Of a stretch of DNA of 57,721 nt, positions 1 to 12,134 are shown piece by piece (position 1 is the first letter of the stretch; every line of letters begins with the position of its first letter). Under the pieces are notes generated by a model. The model was not told the origin of the DNA and ran no database searches. It saw only the letters and a program-made list of their open reading frames with translations. Both the position numbers and the translations under genes were made by a program. Source of the DNA: Macrostomum lignano (taxonomy: Eukaryota); contig NIVC01004151.1 in the NCBI GenBank assembly GCA_002269645.1, forward strand, positions 1 to 57,721. The letters are read 5' to 3'.

Positions 1-228
1 TATGTGTTTGCATAGCTCAACTCTGCCGCAGGCAAAGCCATGGGAATTCCGTAGACTCCTAATGAGAGTAATAGGCACCTGTGTTCCATAGGGGTAGGCC
101 CCTAATGTGAATACATAGCTGCATGTGTTTACATAGGAGATATTTGTATATAAACCAGAAAATTTGTTTTCACAAATAATAAAATTTTTGAAATTCTTGC
201 TCCGTTACATCGTAATAACTAATTAATA

Positions 229-408
229 ATGGTCGATATTGGAGAAGGCTACAAACTTCAAGTACAAGAGTATGAAGGAGTACAGTTTATTGCGATTCGG
301 AAATTTTATCGACATGGCAGCACAGCAAGTTTAAAACCCGGCGTTCCCGGATTTAACCTCAACATCCGACAATGGGAGAAGTTGAAAGAACGAAGCGAAC
401 TCTCGTGA
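229..408 (+). CDS. PC4/Sub1-type ssDNA-binding domain (59 aa ORF, not in the ORF track); first domain of a frameshifted tandem-PC4 gene
   Basis: MVDIGEGYKLQVQEYEGVQFIAIRKFYRHGSTASLKPGVPGFNLNIRQWEKLKERSELS* matches the PC4 pattern (human [26 protein letters not shown]...KPGRKGISLNPEQWSQLKE). Confidence 0.8.
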   Translation: MVDIGEGYKLQVQEYEGVQFIAIRKFYRHGSTASLKPGVPGFNLNIRQWEKLKERSELS

Positions 409-971
409 AGGCGGCCCTAGGCGGGCAACAGAGGATCATCAAACTCGGTTTTGATAAGTTTGTTGAGGTTAAGAACGGCATCATCTGGCTAAGACGGCTT
501 CCAGAAGATTGCTGCGAAGAATTTTTGAAGCGAAACACTGTGGCCTTGGCACCAGCTCTGTGGCGAAAACTGTGGGAGCAGGCTGCATGGATCGACGAGC
601 AGCTGTCTGCCCCACGCCAAATTTCTGATGTGTATGAGCTGGAGTCGGGATCTTCGAGCGAGAGAAACGGTGATGATGATGACAACAGCAACAAGGACGA
701 CACCATGCGGCTTGCGAAGACTGAGGATGAGGGCGTCCAATCAAGCACTCTACGCATCGACGATGAAGTGGTCACATCAACGCCTCTACCGGTGACAAGA
801 GCTGCAGCTGGCTTTATCCCAAAGCAGGATTCGGATTTGCTGCAGGACCCAGTCTGGTATCGCTTCCGGGCTGAAGCAGCTGCGGTCGAGAACGTCAGGA
901 AGCGCAAGCAACCATATCCGCTGCGCAGGCAGAACGCCATGAGACTGCGCCTCAATGAGGATGAGGAGTGA
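372..971 (+). CDS. Second PC4-like domain plus acidic/low-complexity tail; continuation of 229-408 in the -1 frame
   Basis: IKLGFDKFVEVKNGIIWLRR...KRNTVALAPALWRKLWEQAAWIDEQL fits a PC4 repeat. Joining the frames at ~403 gives QWEKLKERSELVKAAL, colinear with PC4 QWSQLKEQISDIDDAV. Confidence 0.6.
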   Translation: MGEVERTKRTLVKAALGGQQRIIKLGFDKFVEVKNGIIWLRRLPEDCCEEFLKRNTVALAPALWRKLWEQAAWIDEQLSAPRQISDVYELESGSSSERNGDDDDNSNKDDTMRLAKTEDEGVQSSTLRIDDEVVTSTPLPVTRAAAGFIPKQDSDLLQDPVWYRFRAEAAAVENVRKRKQPYPLRRQNAMRLRLNEDEE

Positions 972-2550
972 AGAAGAAGAATAAGAAGTGCTTTGAAGAA
1001 CTTTGGTGACTGGTGACATACTTAAATTGGCTCATTTAACAATTTCTATAATTAACATTGCTCATTTATCCAGAAAACTTAATTAAGTCTCTCCATGTAA
1101 GAAAATCATGCAACTTATTGTTTCTTATCCGCTAAAAAATATAAAAGCTTCTTTTCATAAAAAAATTGTTTTCCTTTGTTCTTGTGCTTAAGAAAAAAAT
1201 TAGACTGTTGACTTTTGTTTCTTGAGAAAATGGAAAAAAATTATTTGCTCCTGGCCAACCAGCTAGTTTTTCAATTTGCTCAAAGCTGCTGCATCAAGTT
1301 AGAGAAGAGGGTGGGCATAAAAATTGAAAGAGCATTGAACAGTGGCTCAATGAGCAAACCGCGAAAAGAACTTAAAAAAATTTCATTCTTTCTGGCAGGA
1401 ATGAAACTGGCAGGCTTTCATTCAGCTTGATTTTGATAATGGAAAAGATCTACTACAACCCTGCTCAGCCTGCCAGTTTCAGGCTCAGGCTCGAGTGCCA
1501 GCTCAGTTGTCTGGCACTCGTGGCAAAGCAACCAGCGACTTATAATGCAGCTGTCTTTTTTGTTATGGAGCTTTAACCCACCGAGCTCACATGAATTGCA
1601 GCTGATGCACACCTCGTGCACGTAGGATGGACACCGAGATTTATTCATTATTTAAAAATCTATGAGAAATTTAGTTTAAAATAAAATTTAAATTTAAACT
1701 TCTCATATGCACATATTTAGCCTCTTATATACCCACTTCAACCAAATCTGTGTTAATAAAAACATAGCCGCTATGTTTTCAGCTTTGCTATGTTTACAGT
1801 CAGCCACCCAATGTCCAATGATTTCATCAGCGCATCCAGGTATTGAGCCCTTGTTAAATTCCCGCACGCCCCGCTAAATTCTTTTGAATACGCCGCCAAC
1901 TTTACCCCACCCAGTCGAGGGTGGCAATAAAACTACTGATAACTGAGCACTCTCTCCTTTCAGCAACAAAGCCGCCGCCGCCGCCAGCTCCCAGACAGCG
2001 GGAGAGAGAGAGGCTTGGCTACCACTATGTTTGTTTACAGAAGTTTGTTATTACCGATAAAATTATATAATAAAGTATTAGTATAATACTGAATACAATA
2101 AAATACCGCTGATATTTGCCAATCGTTCAACACAATTTCTAGAGATTCCCCTAGCTCGCCTCTGTGCATACTTGCGGATTCCCCCATGAGGTGCCTATGA
2201 ACTCTCATTAGGAGTCTACGGAATTCCCATGGCTTTGCCTGCGGCAGAGTTGAGCTATGCAAACACATAGGCGCCCTTCTGATCCGGGCCCACGGAATTT
2301 CCGTGGCTTTCCCTGCGGCAGAGTTGTGTTATCCTCTACTACTCCGGTGCCCCGCAATCCTGGCAGAGCAGGAGTCCGTCAGGCCGAAACGATGTCGGAC
2401 CTCGGCGCCCAGCATGGAAGCACAGGCTCGGAGTTGGCAGGCAGCTGTGTGCTCGGCCCAACTTGGAACTTGTTCGCTCCCAGGCTCTGCGGCGCGCCAT
2501 CTGACGCGCCCTGCTCTAACTGTGACTGTGCATGCGGGGTCGCATATACT

Positions 2551-2840
2551 TTGTTGTTTGTTGTTGTTGTTGGTGTGAAAAGTCGGCTAGGTAGGCCGGT
2601 GGCATGACGCTGTCATCAAGGCGAATAGCGGCCTTGGCGGTACTACTGAGCGAAATGGCAGCCGAGGTTTGCGGCAGGCGGGCTGCGTGATTTGCGGTTC
2701 GGTCGCGGCTTCATTAGCGGGTATGCCACAGTGGGCAGGGACCCAGGCGAGGTCGATGTCGTTGTAGTCGCAGGTGCCCAGGTTGATGAGGTTGTTGATG
2801 ACGCCAGCAGATAGGCCGCTGTTCCTTGCTGTATACATCC
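2551..2840 (-). mobile_element. Decayed non-LTR retrotransposon fragment (RNase H C-terminus) with a (CAA)n tail
   Basis: DIDLAWVPAHCGIPANEAA, then after a frameshift DRTANHAARLPQTSAAISLSSTAK, a typical LINE RNase H end. (CAA)n at 2551-2573 on the minus strand. Confidence 0.7.
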
Positions 2841-3519
2841 AAAGGGATTTATCCTTGAATAAACTAGCTCGTATACATGTACTCGTAGCTTAATTTTGAC
2901 AGCAATATCATCATCTCAATTAAGCGACCCCCTGCGAGAGCCTTTTCATCTCAGCAACTCCCCAATCATGCAGCCTTGACATCTCAGCCATACCCCATGA
3001 GCCTTAATAGCCGGACAGCTCAGCGATTCTACCTGTGAGACACAGCATTTCATAAATATCTTCCAGCTTTTCAGTCAGAGCAAAATGTTTTACCTTGAAG
3101 TACACCCGATCAAAAATACTTTCTTTCCTAGAGTTTTTTAATATTTAATCCTATAAAAATGAAGCAATTTCTTAGTAAAATTACGTGTACCAGCGCGTTA
3201 TCAATGCGCATAGAATATGCTGCAAAACCAAACGAAAATCGGTTCCCGCAGTGTCATGTTAAACCAAAGTTCTCAAGCACAGATGATACAACAATATATT
3301 GTATATTTAAAGCAGTGAACTTTGACAGCTTGGCTTTTGAAGACTGCTTCTCGGAAAAGTTTGCCAAAATATACAGCAGTATACGTTCATGTAGGGTATT
3401 GAATACTGGCTGAAAAATCATTGGCTATATGCAGGGGTGGGGGAGGTGGGGGTGGCCGATGGCCTCCCTTGGGTACCTCTGTAGTAGCTGCGGCGGCCCG
3501 GTATTGGCGCCCTTCTGAT

Positions 3520-3590
3520 GTTGGTGCCCCTGGTGTTAAGCCCCTGGTGTTAAGCCCCTGGTACTAGCTAAAGCCCCTGGCACTAAAGCC
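3520..3590. repeat. Short array of a 15-bp repeat family (GCCCCTGGTGCTAAA)
   Basis: Same unit as 36507-36586 and, in reverse complement, 56640-57160. Confidence 0.7.
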
Positions 3591-3844
3591 CGGGTCCGGG
3601 GCCCCTGCACGATGACGCCCTTCCGAGGAATGGCACCTCAAGTTGACCCCCTCGCGCTGGCGCCTTCAGAAGACGTGCTTTATCTAATAAAAAGTCCTGG
3701 CGACACCTGTGAATACATAAACTTTATTTTAATGTCTACATTTTAAGTGACAAAACGAAGTGATGCACTACTACAAGTAATACCTATTTAGCGTTTGCTT
3801 AAAGGCGAATCGCAATTGAAGTTGCAGTTACTAATGGCACATTA

Positions 3845-6800
3845 TTAGCTGTTGAAAGTGTCTTTCAGACTGGCAGTTTGCATTGGAATGCAGTCTTGCA
3901 GATTTTGTTTGAAGTCGTCAAGACTGCGCACTTCAATGCCCTGCAAAGGATATATACGAGTATGTACACGAGTACAATTAGGGCAATGGTTGAAATATTG
4001 ATCAGCACTTACTGCTAGTTTATCCTGTTAAAGCTTTACGCTATTTTTACTTAGATGACGATACACTCAGATTTTTTAATTTGCCTGAGAGCCTAAAGGT
4101 ACTGTATACCTGTATTTATTCATAACTACACGCCGAAGGCAACATTTCCAGTTTAAAAAAACAGAAAAGCACATGTACACTCGTACAATGCTGCCGGCTC
4201 ACCTGATAGGTAGCATAATAATCGTCCTGAGCATTAAAGGTGAACTGCTGCCTATTGATTTTGTGAACACTCAGCACACGCCTGTCTTGCGAACCCTGTT
4301 TCAGCCATTTCTAAAATATATAGTTTACAGTGATTACATGTAATACAGGTATGTACTGTGAGGGCTCATTGGCACGATGGGTTACAATGTAAGTGGGAAG
4401 TTTTTGATTGGACAAATCAAATAATCAAATCATCATTTATTTGTACAAGCACTAGCTGATGAACAACTTTGACAGAAATTGTACATTGGGGCAGTAGTGG
4501 AAGGGCTGGGTAAATGTACATTGGGGCAGAAAGGAAAGGAGTCGAAGGACTGAGCAACAATATGTGCATTGGGGTAAGGAGTGGAAAGTCTTGGAATTAA
4601 GCACATGTACATCGGGGCAGGAGTGGAAGGGCTGGGTAAATGTACATTGGGGCAGAAAGGAAAGGAGTCGAAGGACTGAGCAACAATATGTGCATTGGGG
4701 TAAGGAGTGGAAAGTCTTGGAATTAAGCACATGTATATTGGGGCAGGAGTGGTAAGGGGCTGGGCACATCTACATTTGGGTAGAAGTGGAAGGACTGGGA
4801 CATGTACAATAGCCACACAGTACGAGCTATAACGACGTTATAGTATGTATATTGCTGGGAAAATTTGTGCCAATGCGTCAAAGTCTTGAAACTTTAAACG
4901 TTCACTTCGGATTATCGAACGCTTACTAGTGGGTAAACAACTAGACAGCTCACCTTCCAATAATTGTAAAGATCCTTTTTGCTAATTCTATCCAGAATAG
5001 TTTTGACATTGGTGTCCAAACTATGGGTATCCCAGCTGAAATCGTAGTCGCCGCAGGTGATGTGTCGCCAGTACAGCTCATGCTGCCTGTTTAAATTTGG
5101 CGCAGTAAACAGACGTGTCGCAAGCTGTTGCACTCGACTCTTCATACCCGCCAGCTGCTCCTTGGTTATGGAATCCACTGTTTTACCGACGCATGCGATT
5201 ACCAACTCGATTGTTGTTTCAATCTGCGTGCAGATGTTTAGCAACAGGTCAATATTCATGCAGTAAAACAGCTTGCTACATGTCATTCTGAATGTAAATC
5301 CGCAAGAAAATACAGTAGCAAAATATTCTGTCAGCCAAGGTCTCAAGAAACTGGGGCACAGAGTCAAAGGGCGTGTCTCTGAATCGTCCACCGGCAGTTA
5401 AAGAAACGCCGACTGAGAATGCCGTGTCCTTGCTGTGAATGCATATATCTACTGCATCTAATACCTAGAATAATTGCATGCAGAAGGCAGGTTGTGAGCG
5501 CGCAGGCACAACGCTTTCGACGACATGGTTCCACGGCCAATGCTCCGAGGCAATTCCGAGCGCGCCAATACTGTACGCAGGCACCCATGCACTCATTATA
5601 CACACGCTCACACAGAGTGCACAGCTTGACCTTCTAATCGTCAGGCATGTGCACTCTCTGCGCCTTGGAAGTTGGTCCTCATGGCTGTGAATCGCACGAC
5701 AGCTCTTCTAATGAGAAGTTCAAACCAAGAGACTTACCGCAACGGGATGCGACTCGGAGACTAGCTCAATGACGATGCAGTTGGCATTGCAGCCAATCAC
5801 CGTGTCCCACCTTAAATCGCGCTTTGTACAGTCGGGCAGTTTGGTACAGAGTGTCAGAGCTTCTTTCAGTAGCCACAAGCAGCAATTATGCCAGAACCGA
5901 CGGAAGAAGAAGTCGTCGTATTTTGACGCTTGCTTTTTTAACCCTCCCGATATCGCAGTCGGCATCTGAAGCAGCAGGCCGCAAACCGACTTGGTCAACG
6001 CAGCGTCGCCTTTCTTCAACCTCGTAGTCCGGCTGGTAAGTTCGATGCTTCTGTTAGTAGCGAAGTTCAACCGGATGAAATGGTGACTGCCTCTTGGTAG
6101 GAGTCGCTCAGAACAGCGCATAAAAAATGGATCCAATCGAAACGTGTCCGCTGGACGCCGCGAAAGTGGTGGAAGAACAGCTGTAATTGAGTCAACCAGT
6201 GAGATGACTTGCTCAGCAGTGAGATTGCCCAGCGCCAGAATCTCAGCATACAGTTCTGGCCGGCTGGGCCAGTTCTCGCGTTCCAGCGGAGTGGCATGAG
6301 CGGGATTGGAAAAGTGATGCGCTATGAAACTTGACGGATTGATTTCCACTTCTCGGTCTGGCTTTTGTGCTATGAGAGGAAAACATTGTGCAATTATGGT
6401 TGAGCTACAAGTCAGTGCGACAGTTTACAATCAATGGTACCTCACTCACCCAGCGTTTGCGTATCCAAGGACTGATAGTCTCGCTGGATGTGTAAAAATC
6501 CAGCCAGATCCAAGCGATTTGCAATCTGGGATAAGTCTGAACAGGGCTGTAATGAAAACTTCTGCGCTCTAAGATTTCCAATGCGCTCCTGTGCAAAGGT
6601 GAACGAAATGTTCAAAATTAATTTGAATGCAATGAATGTAATTTTAAATTTAAAAAATAACTTTGATGGGCTGCATCTTAAATCCTGAGCCGCTGGACCC
6701 TAAGCACATACTGTACGCAGGCACGCAGTCATAACAACCGCTCACACAATGTTTACAGCGGCCCTGACTTTCTAATTGTCAGGCACGTACAGGGGCGTCG

Positions 6801-9800
6801 CTACCGGGAGGACAGGGGGGGGGGGAGGACATGCCAATGCCTTGTCCCCCCCACCCCATCTTCGTTGACCTGTAATGGAAATAAAAAAATCGCTTCAGAG
6901 CGACAAAACATAGCGCCTGCGGACAAAAATGGTGCCTGCGGCGCTAAAATGAGTGCCTGCGGCGCTAAAATGGGTGCCTGCGGTGCTATAATGAGTGCCT
7001 GTGAACCAAATTGAGTGCCTGCGGCGCTAAAATGAGTGCCTGCGGTGCTAAAATGAATGCCTGCGGTGCTAAAATGGTCGCTGACGACACCGATTCTGAA
7101 AAAATGTACATATAGTAATTTAGTCGTGTACATGTACATTTACAATTCTTGGCTTTGTCCCCCACCATAAAATCCATGGCAACGCCCCTGGGCATATACA
7201 CTCTCTTTGCCTTGGGGGTTGGCCCTCATGGCACCACACCTCCCGGTCAATCTTCCGACCTTCTACGGAATCGAACCAGGGGTCGTGTTGCGCGAGATTC
7301 AGACGCATTATAACTGAACTTCTCTGCCCACAGTGTTTTAAGGCAGTCTGCCAAAGGAAGACACACCTGGTTGAAGTAGTTTAAGGGAACTCGCAGCTCT
7401 GCAATGCGACCCAATGCGGCCAACAAAAGGGCCGGTAGAGGCTCGCTGTGACCGCTGCAGCACACCTGGATGCCGTTGCAGCTTCGAGAGACGCTCAGCT
7501 CAAGGTCGGCTTCAACCGCTTGCATTTTCAGATCGGCCAGCTCTTCAGAAAATAGATTGGCCAGAATGCTGATCTGCAGAGACGAGGCCAGGGCGAGCCT
7601 CACAACGTCAACTGGAGGCAGCAGGTCAACGGATATGTAGGCAAGTTCGGTTTGGAACCGGTCATCTTGTCGGAACCAGAGATTAGTGCTGGATGAGCTG
7701 CCGTCTAGTGTACTTTGGCGTTTGATTTTTCGAGGCCCGTTAGGCTGTGGGTTTTAATTATCGTTTTATACCGCAGATACTACATGATGAATACGGTGAA
7801 CTCATTGCTCATAGCTCATTGGCCCATAGAGTAGAAAGCAGTTGAGTAGAAAGCTTCATTGGATAAGACTCGTTTATTGGTCCAGCTCGCTTTAACCGTA
7901 GCTTAAATTTTTTCTTGAACACGTCTTTTCACAAATAGTCTTTTTACCTCCTCTCTAGACCTCTTCAGCCTAACGCTTTCATGCAATGCATATTCTCAAT
8001 GACGCTGTTTAGTGCACATTACGTCTGCATCAATTAGCAAGCTGTAGACGTCTACAAGTCACTACAACTACGGTTCTTTACATAAAATAGCTATCACATT
8101 CTCGCTTGCTACTTCCTGACTGAAATTTAAGGAACTAAGCTGGCATGTCTAGTAGTCCGTGATCTATCGATTATAGCAAATGCGGTTAATGTCAGTATGA
8201 CCAAAAATATGACCGCAGTCAAAAATTTATTTATTTACTGACCTGATTAGTTAAGTCTCGGGGCTTTAAACTAAAATTTTTGCACACAAACGGCCTCGGT
8301 CTTGGCCAGGTGAACACAGTGTCAATCTGACAGCTTGCAGTTGGCCATTCGGCTCTGCACAGAGCCAATAAGTTTTCAGACAGCTTCTCCAAATTGTAAG
8401 GAGCTATGCCGTCGGGCTGGCAGCACAGCCTTCCGTCGGGAGCTGAAGTTGATGTGTTGAAGTTGCGATTGTTGCTTCTTAACTACAAAATACATGATTT
8501 ACTATTCTTCGACTACAAAACCCTTTGGTCCCGCAAGAAACAATAAAGAGATTTTAGCGCTTTTTTGTTGTTGAAATTCTTGCAAATTTAAGTCCGCATG
8601 ATCAAGCGAAACTTGTGATGGCCAAGTTCTAATAAATCCATGTACACACTCTGTGTGCCTTGGGGTTAAATTGGTAGGACAGCCCCTAGAAAGATTCCTG
8701 GAACAAGCCCAAATTATGTAGACTAACACAATCGAAGCATGGTTTGTGTTGTGCAAGAGTCAGAAACGCTTCCGCTGAGCTGGCCTGCCTTAACAAAGTA
8801 AAGACAGCAATTCTCAACAGTTTTTAGACTCTCTGTTCGAAATTCATACGTTCGAAATGCATCTGACTCTTGCGCAACACCACCGGCTTGTGCATAAAAT
8901 TAGCGAGAAGGGGGTTGCAATGCGTACACGATTTACGCCTTCGAGAGCCAGAGGCACAGAGAGTGTACATGCCTGACGATTAGTAAGTCAGGGCCGCTGT
9001 ACACTCTGCGTGAGCGTGTGTATGAGTGTGTGTCTGTGTACAGTATTGACGCTCTCGTATGTACGTGCTCAGGAGTCAGCGGAATGGCCAGAATTGCAGC
9101 GCTGGTTGTGGAACGATGTCGCCGAAGGCGTTGCGCCGTCCCTACCTACATCGCTCCTGCGAAGGTTTATACTTTTTATAACCCAAGTCTCACAGCTGAA
9201 TAAGCATACGTGCTCCGTATGCCAGTCCAAGTCGGAAACGAACACTCTGCACTGGTCCACAGTCAGACAAGCCAGAAACCCGTTCATTTCCTCGGCAGAA
9301 TAGCTCGAAAGCAAGTGCCTGGCTGAGAGCACATCCGCGATCTCGTACCGGTGCAATCGAGTCGCGATGTTGAACTCGTCATTCACCAATGGCAGGCGTT
9401 TTAGCTTCAGAAAAGCAGACCAATCGTCAACTTCAGGTAGGAAATGCGCCCGTCTATCTAACCTGACCTCATTGTGCAGCTGTTCGAAATGCTGCGCCTG
9501 ACTGCGGATCATTGCCAGGTAGCGGAAGACTGCACTAATTATCTGCGAGTCAATGAAAGTAAGTTGCGAAGAAAAAATTAGGAAATAAGTTTTTATAAGA
9601 GATCGCCTAATGAAGAGTACGAAGATACTGAAGCGATATTAAAGACACAGAAACAGGTCCTTAGCTTATGTCGAAGCTTATGTGAAGCTCAAAGTTTTAA
9701 TATTGATCTCAATTAGATTTCCGCCCTTGATAAATTTAACCAAACGTACCAAGTCTTCTGTTTCCACAGTATACTTCGTTGTTTCATCGCAGTGAAGAGC

Positions 9801-11427
9801 AATGCAGAACGTATCAAAATCAATGCAGCCTGTGTCCGTCAGGGACGCGCTATCTAGCTGAACTCCGAGCTTAGTACGCAAATACTCCTTCAGACTGCCC
9901 AGTCCATCCCTGCCAAACAGATACTTCACTAATAGATCGGGCGATTTTTTGTGCAGATCGGTCTGATCTGGCAGCGGGAACACAATGAATATGCCGCCCA
10001 AGTTCATGCGCTTGCCGCGAATCTGTGCATAAGTAGCAGGGGTGAGTGGATGCAGTGGATGCAGTAATCCGCACTGCTAGACACAATTTCTATGTTTGTA
10101 TTCTTCGCCTCAAATCCACTGTTTTTCACTGTAAACTACCAGAGGAAGAACACCCTGAAAATTAGCCAGAGTAAAAGGCCAGTGACGAGCGAGGCCAGAG
10201 CTGACGCAGACACATGTCGTCGACGTGCTGATAAAATTTGGAGAGTTGACAAGGCCGCACTGAGACGCAATGCTGATTGACACATAGGGGTGTATTGAAA
10301 TGCACTAAGGTTTACAAGGGAAAAATTCTGGTAGAATTGTTGAATATCTCGACGGTCTGGAAAATGGCTAATTGGTATTCTTTCTGTTAATTTAGGAGCA
10401 CTCTTTTTCGGTGGCTGCGTTGACGTGACGCAAAAAGCCTATATTTGTCTGTGTAAGCAACCAGTACTAACTCGTAAGTATAGGCATTGTAAGTTTAAAT
10501 AGTAGTCACAAAGAAGGAGTACGTCACTGATCAAGTCTATTTCCCAATTACCTTGGTTCCGCCTAACGCAGTGTATGATCCCTCCAACGGATGCTGACCC
10601 TTCGAGCGTACTCGAGAGTCAGTCGGGGTTGAAAAATCAAATTTTGTGGCGGCAGTCAGGCTCTGAAATAAAGAGTTCGGAGTTCTCATTTAGGGATTAG
10701 ACGCCTGTAGTTTATCGCAGTTTAAATTGGAGTTGAGTATTTTTTATTTCTAGTTTTAATACTTCACTGTGGCATGCTATTTGTTCATTGAATGTCATCC
10801 CGTACATACCACAAGCTCGTCAGTTGAGCGACCATCTTCCAAAGCCATTCGCCTCCGGCAGTTTGAGTTGAAATGCCGCTTGTGGAATTCAGCTAGCCTA
10901 TCGCACAGTTCCTCGATCTGAAACAACTCGACTGTGCGCTGGCTCGGTTGAACCATCCGATTGTAGGGGTGATTCGAATTTCCCGAACAACGCTGCAGCC
11001 AATTCAAAGAGGATAGTTGTTGCTTGTACTTTTCCTTTTTGATTAAATACTTGATTCTGTTCGCAGAAAATTCTGGTGTTGTAATGCTTTTGATCAACTG
11101 TTTGAGCACCTTTGATACGCTGTCTGAGGAGGTTATTTTGTAGCTGAACTCAGTTCGGTCATCGGCAACTCTCACACTGCCAGTCAAGCCGATTGTAGAA
11201 TCCGTTTGCATGGCAACCATGCCTGCCAGCAGTTCAGCCAGTCCCAGACAGTCTGGCGGATCGTGCAAGCGACCAACACCGATGGTGAGGCAGAGCAGCG
11301 ATTTTCGATCGAGCGTGTCCTCAGTTTGGCTGACTAGACAGGCCGAGTAATTAGACGCTGTTTCTATGGCAACGCACTTCGACTGCAATGGTGCCGGAAC
11401 ATCTTTTAATATTTTGCCGATTTCCAT
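3845..11427 (-). CDS. M16A (insulysin/nardilysin-like) pseudo-peptidase A, complete, ~1057 aa
   Basis: Phase-consistent exons 11427-10810, 10662-10552, 10022-9750, 9542-9194, 8442-8243, 7744-7367, 6588-6450, 6369-5738, 5223-4954, 4310-4203, 3940-3845, with no frameshift. IDE-like motifs VGRLHDPPDCLGLAELL, FPLPDQ, VFRYL, WFRQDDRFQ, YWRHITCGDYDF, RRVLSVH. HxxEH is replaced by ELLAG. A further upstream exon cannot be excluded. Confidence 0.85.
4478..4810. repeat. Intronic tandem repeat, ~126-bp unit x~2.5 built from TGTACATTGGGG sub-units
   Basis: Direct repetition is visible; it explains the repetitive ORFs at 4433-4816. Confidence 0.85.
5495..5670 (+). repeat. Dispersed repeat family R2 (about 200 bp; core TACTGTACGCAGGCAC...CACACGCTCACACAG...TCGTCAGGCATGTACACTCTCTG)
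   Basis: Related intronic copies at ~6700-6790/7192-7225, 8940-9140(-), 24020-24135, 28575-28700, 30785-30920(-), 51440-51625(-), 53885-54055. Confidence 0.75.
6790..7191. mobile_element. hAT-like MITE carrying a 21-bp minisatellite, inserted into an R2 copy
   Basis: TIRs CAGGGGCGTCGC...GCAACGCCCCTG, imperfect 8-bp TSD GGCACGTA/GGCATATA, internal (GAGTGCCTGCGGCGCTAAAAT)n. The R2 sequence resumes after the element. Confidence 0.7.
8940..9140 (-). repeat. R2 dispersed repeat copy
   Basis: Reverse complement similar to 5495-5670 and 53885-54055. Confidence 0.75.
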
Positions 11428-12134
11428 CGCCACTTTCAGTTGAACGAGCTAAGTGTCTAGAATTTTAAGAGTAGAGATGAAGATGCGTAAGATTAGTTAC
11501 TCTGTAACTCTGTCTTAGGTACTCTGGTCGCAGGTACTCTGATCACAGGTACTCTGGCCACAAGCATTCTGGTTAAGTTATTGTGGTATTACGGTAAAAG
11601 ACTCAAATAAACTTCTGCTAACTGCTTCTGCTAAAATGTAGCAAATGTATCTATTAGAGAAAAAACATATGGCAAATGCCACAGCTCAACTTACGTTTCT
11701 GATCCAGCTCAAAGAAAGCAGATTGGCCGCAATATTTTTTTATGTTAGAGCAGTTCAGTCAGATTCACGGGAAAAATGATTTTAAGTACAGTTTTATATA
11801 CTCTTGGGGTCTTGAAAAATTATCGAAATTCCATTTTGGCTCAATCATTAATGGTCCGTTTCTTTACTTTGTTCTTCATACATTTACTTGTCGGACTTTT
11901 TAGACATAGAGTGGTGCGTTTGTTCAACTAATTAAATTGGAAAATCTTCTTTCATAACAAAAATCGCCCCTCAAATATCTTTTAGCGGTAATCAATTTTC
12001 TGCAAAATTTAGTCTATGACACAGATTTGAGATCAAATTTAAATCATCATGAAATACTTTTTAATCTTCGGTAGTTCGGTCAAGCAACTGGTGGTTTAAA
12101 GGACAAAAGAAAGAAGATCCAAATTGCATGAAGA

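Larger units (their letters stand above)
1..2343. mobile_element. Non-autonomous TIR element, probably an internally deleted Polinton/Maverick derivative (left end just outside the window)
   Basis: 1-80 is the near-exact reverse complement of 2189-2269. The right arm continues with an internal sub-repeat (CACGGAATTTCCGTGGCTTTCCCTGCGGCAGAGTTG, ~2291-2326) and ends ...CTCTACTACT at 2343, which reads AGTAGTAGAG on the minus strand, the known Polinton terminal motif. No polB, integrase or capsid ORFs inside. Confidence 0.65.

Noticed and set aside
2365-2400. GTCCG...GGCCGAAAC...CGGAC as a possible hammerhead ribozyme
   Set aside because: No CUGAnGA core in the required order on either strand.
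3505-3520. GGCGCCCTTCTGAT shared with the TIR at ~2270
   Set aside because: Only 14 bp and belongs to a different repeat context; probably coincidental.
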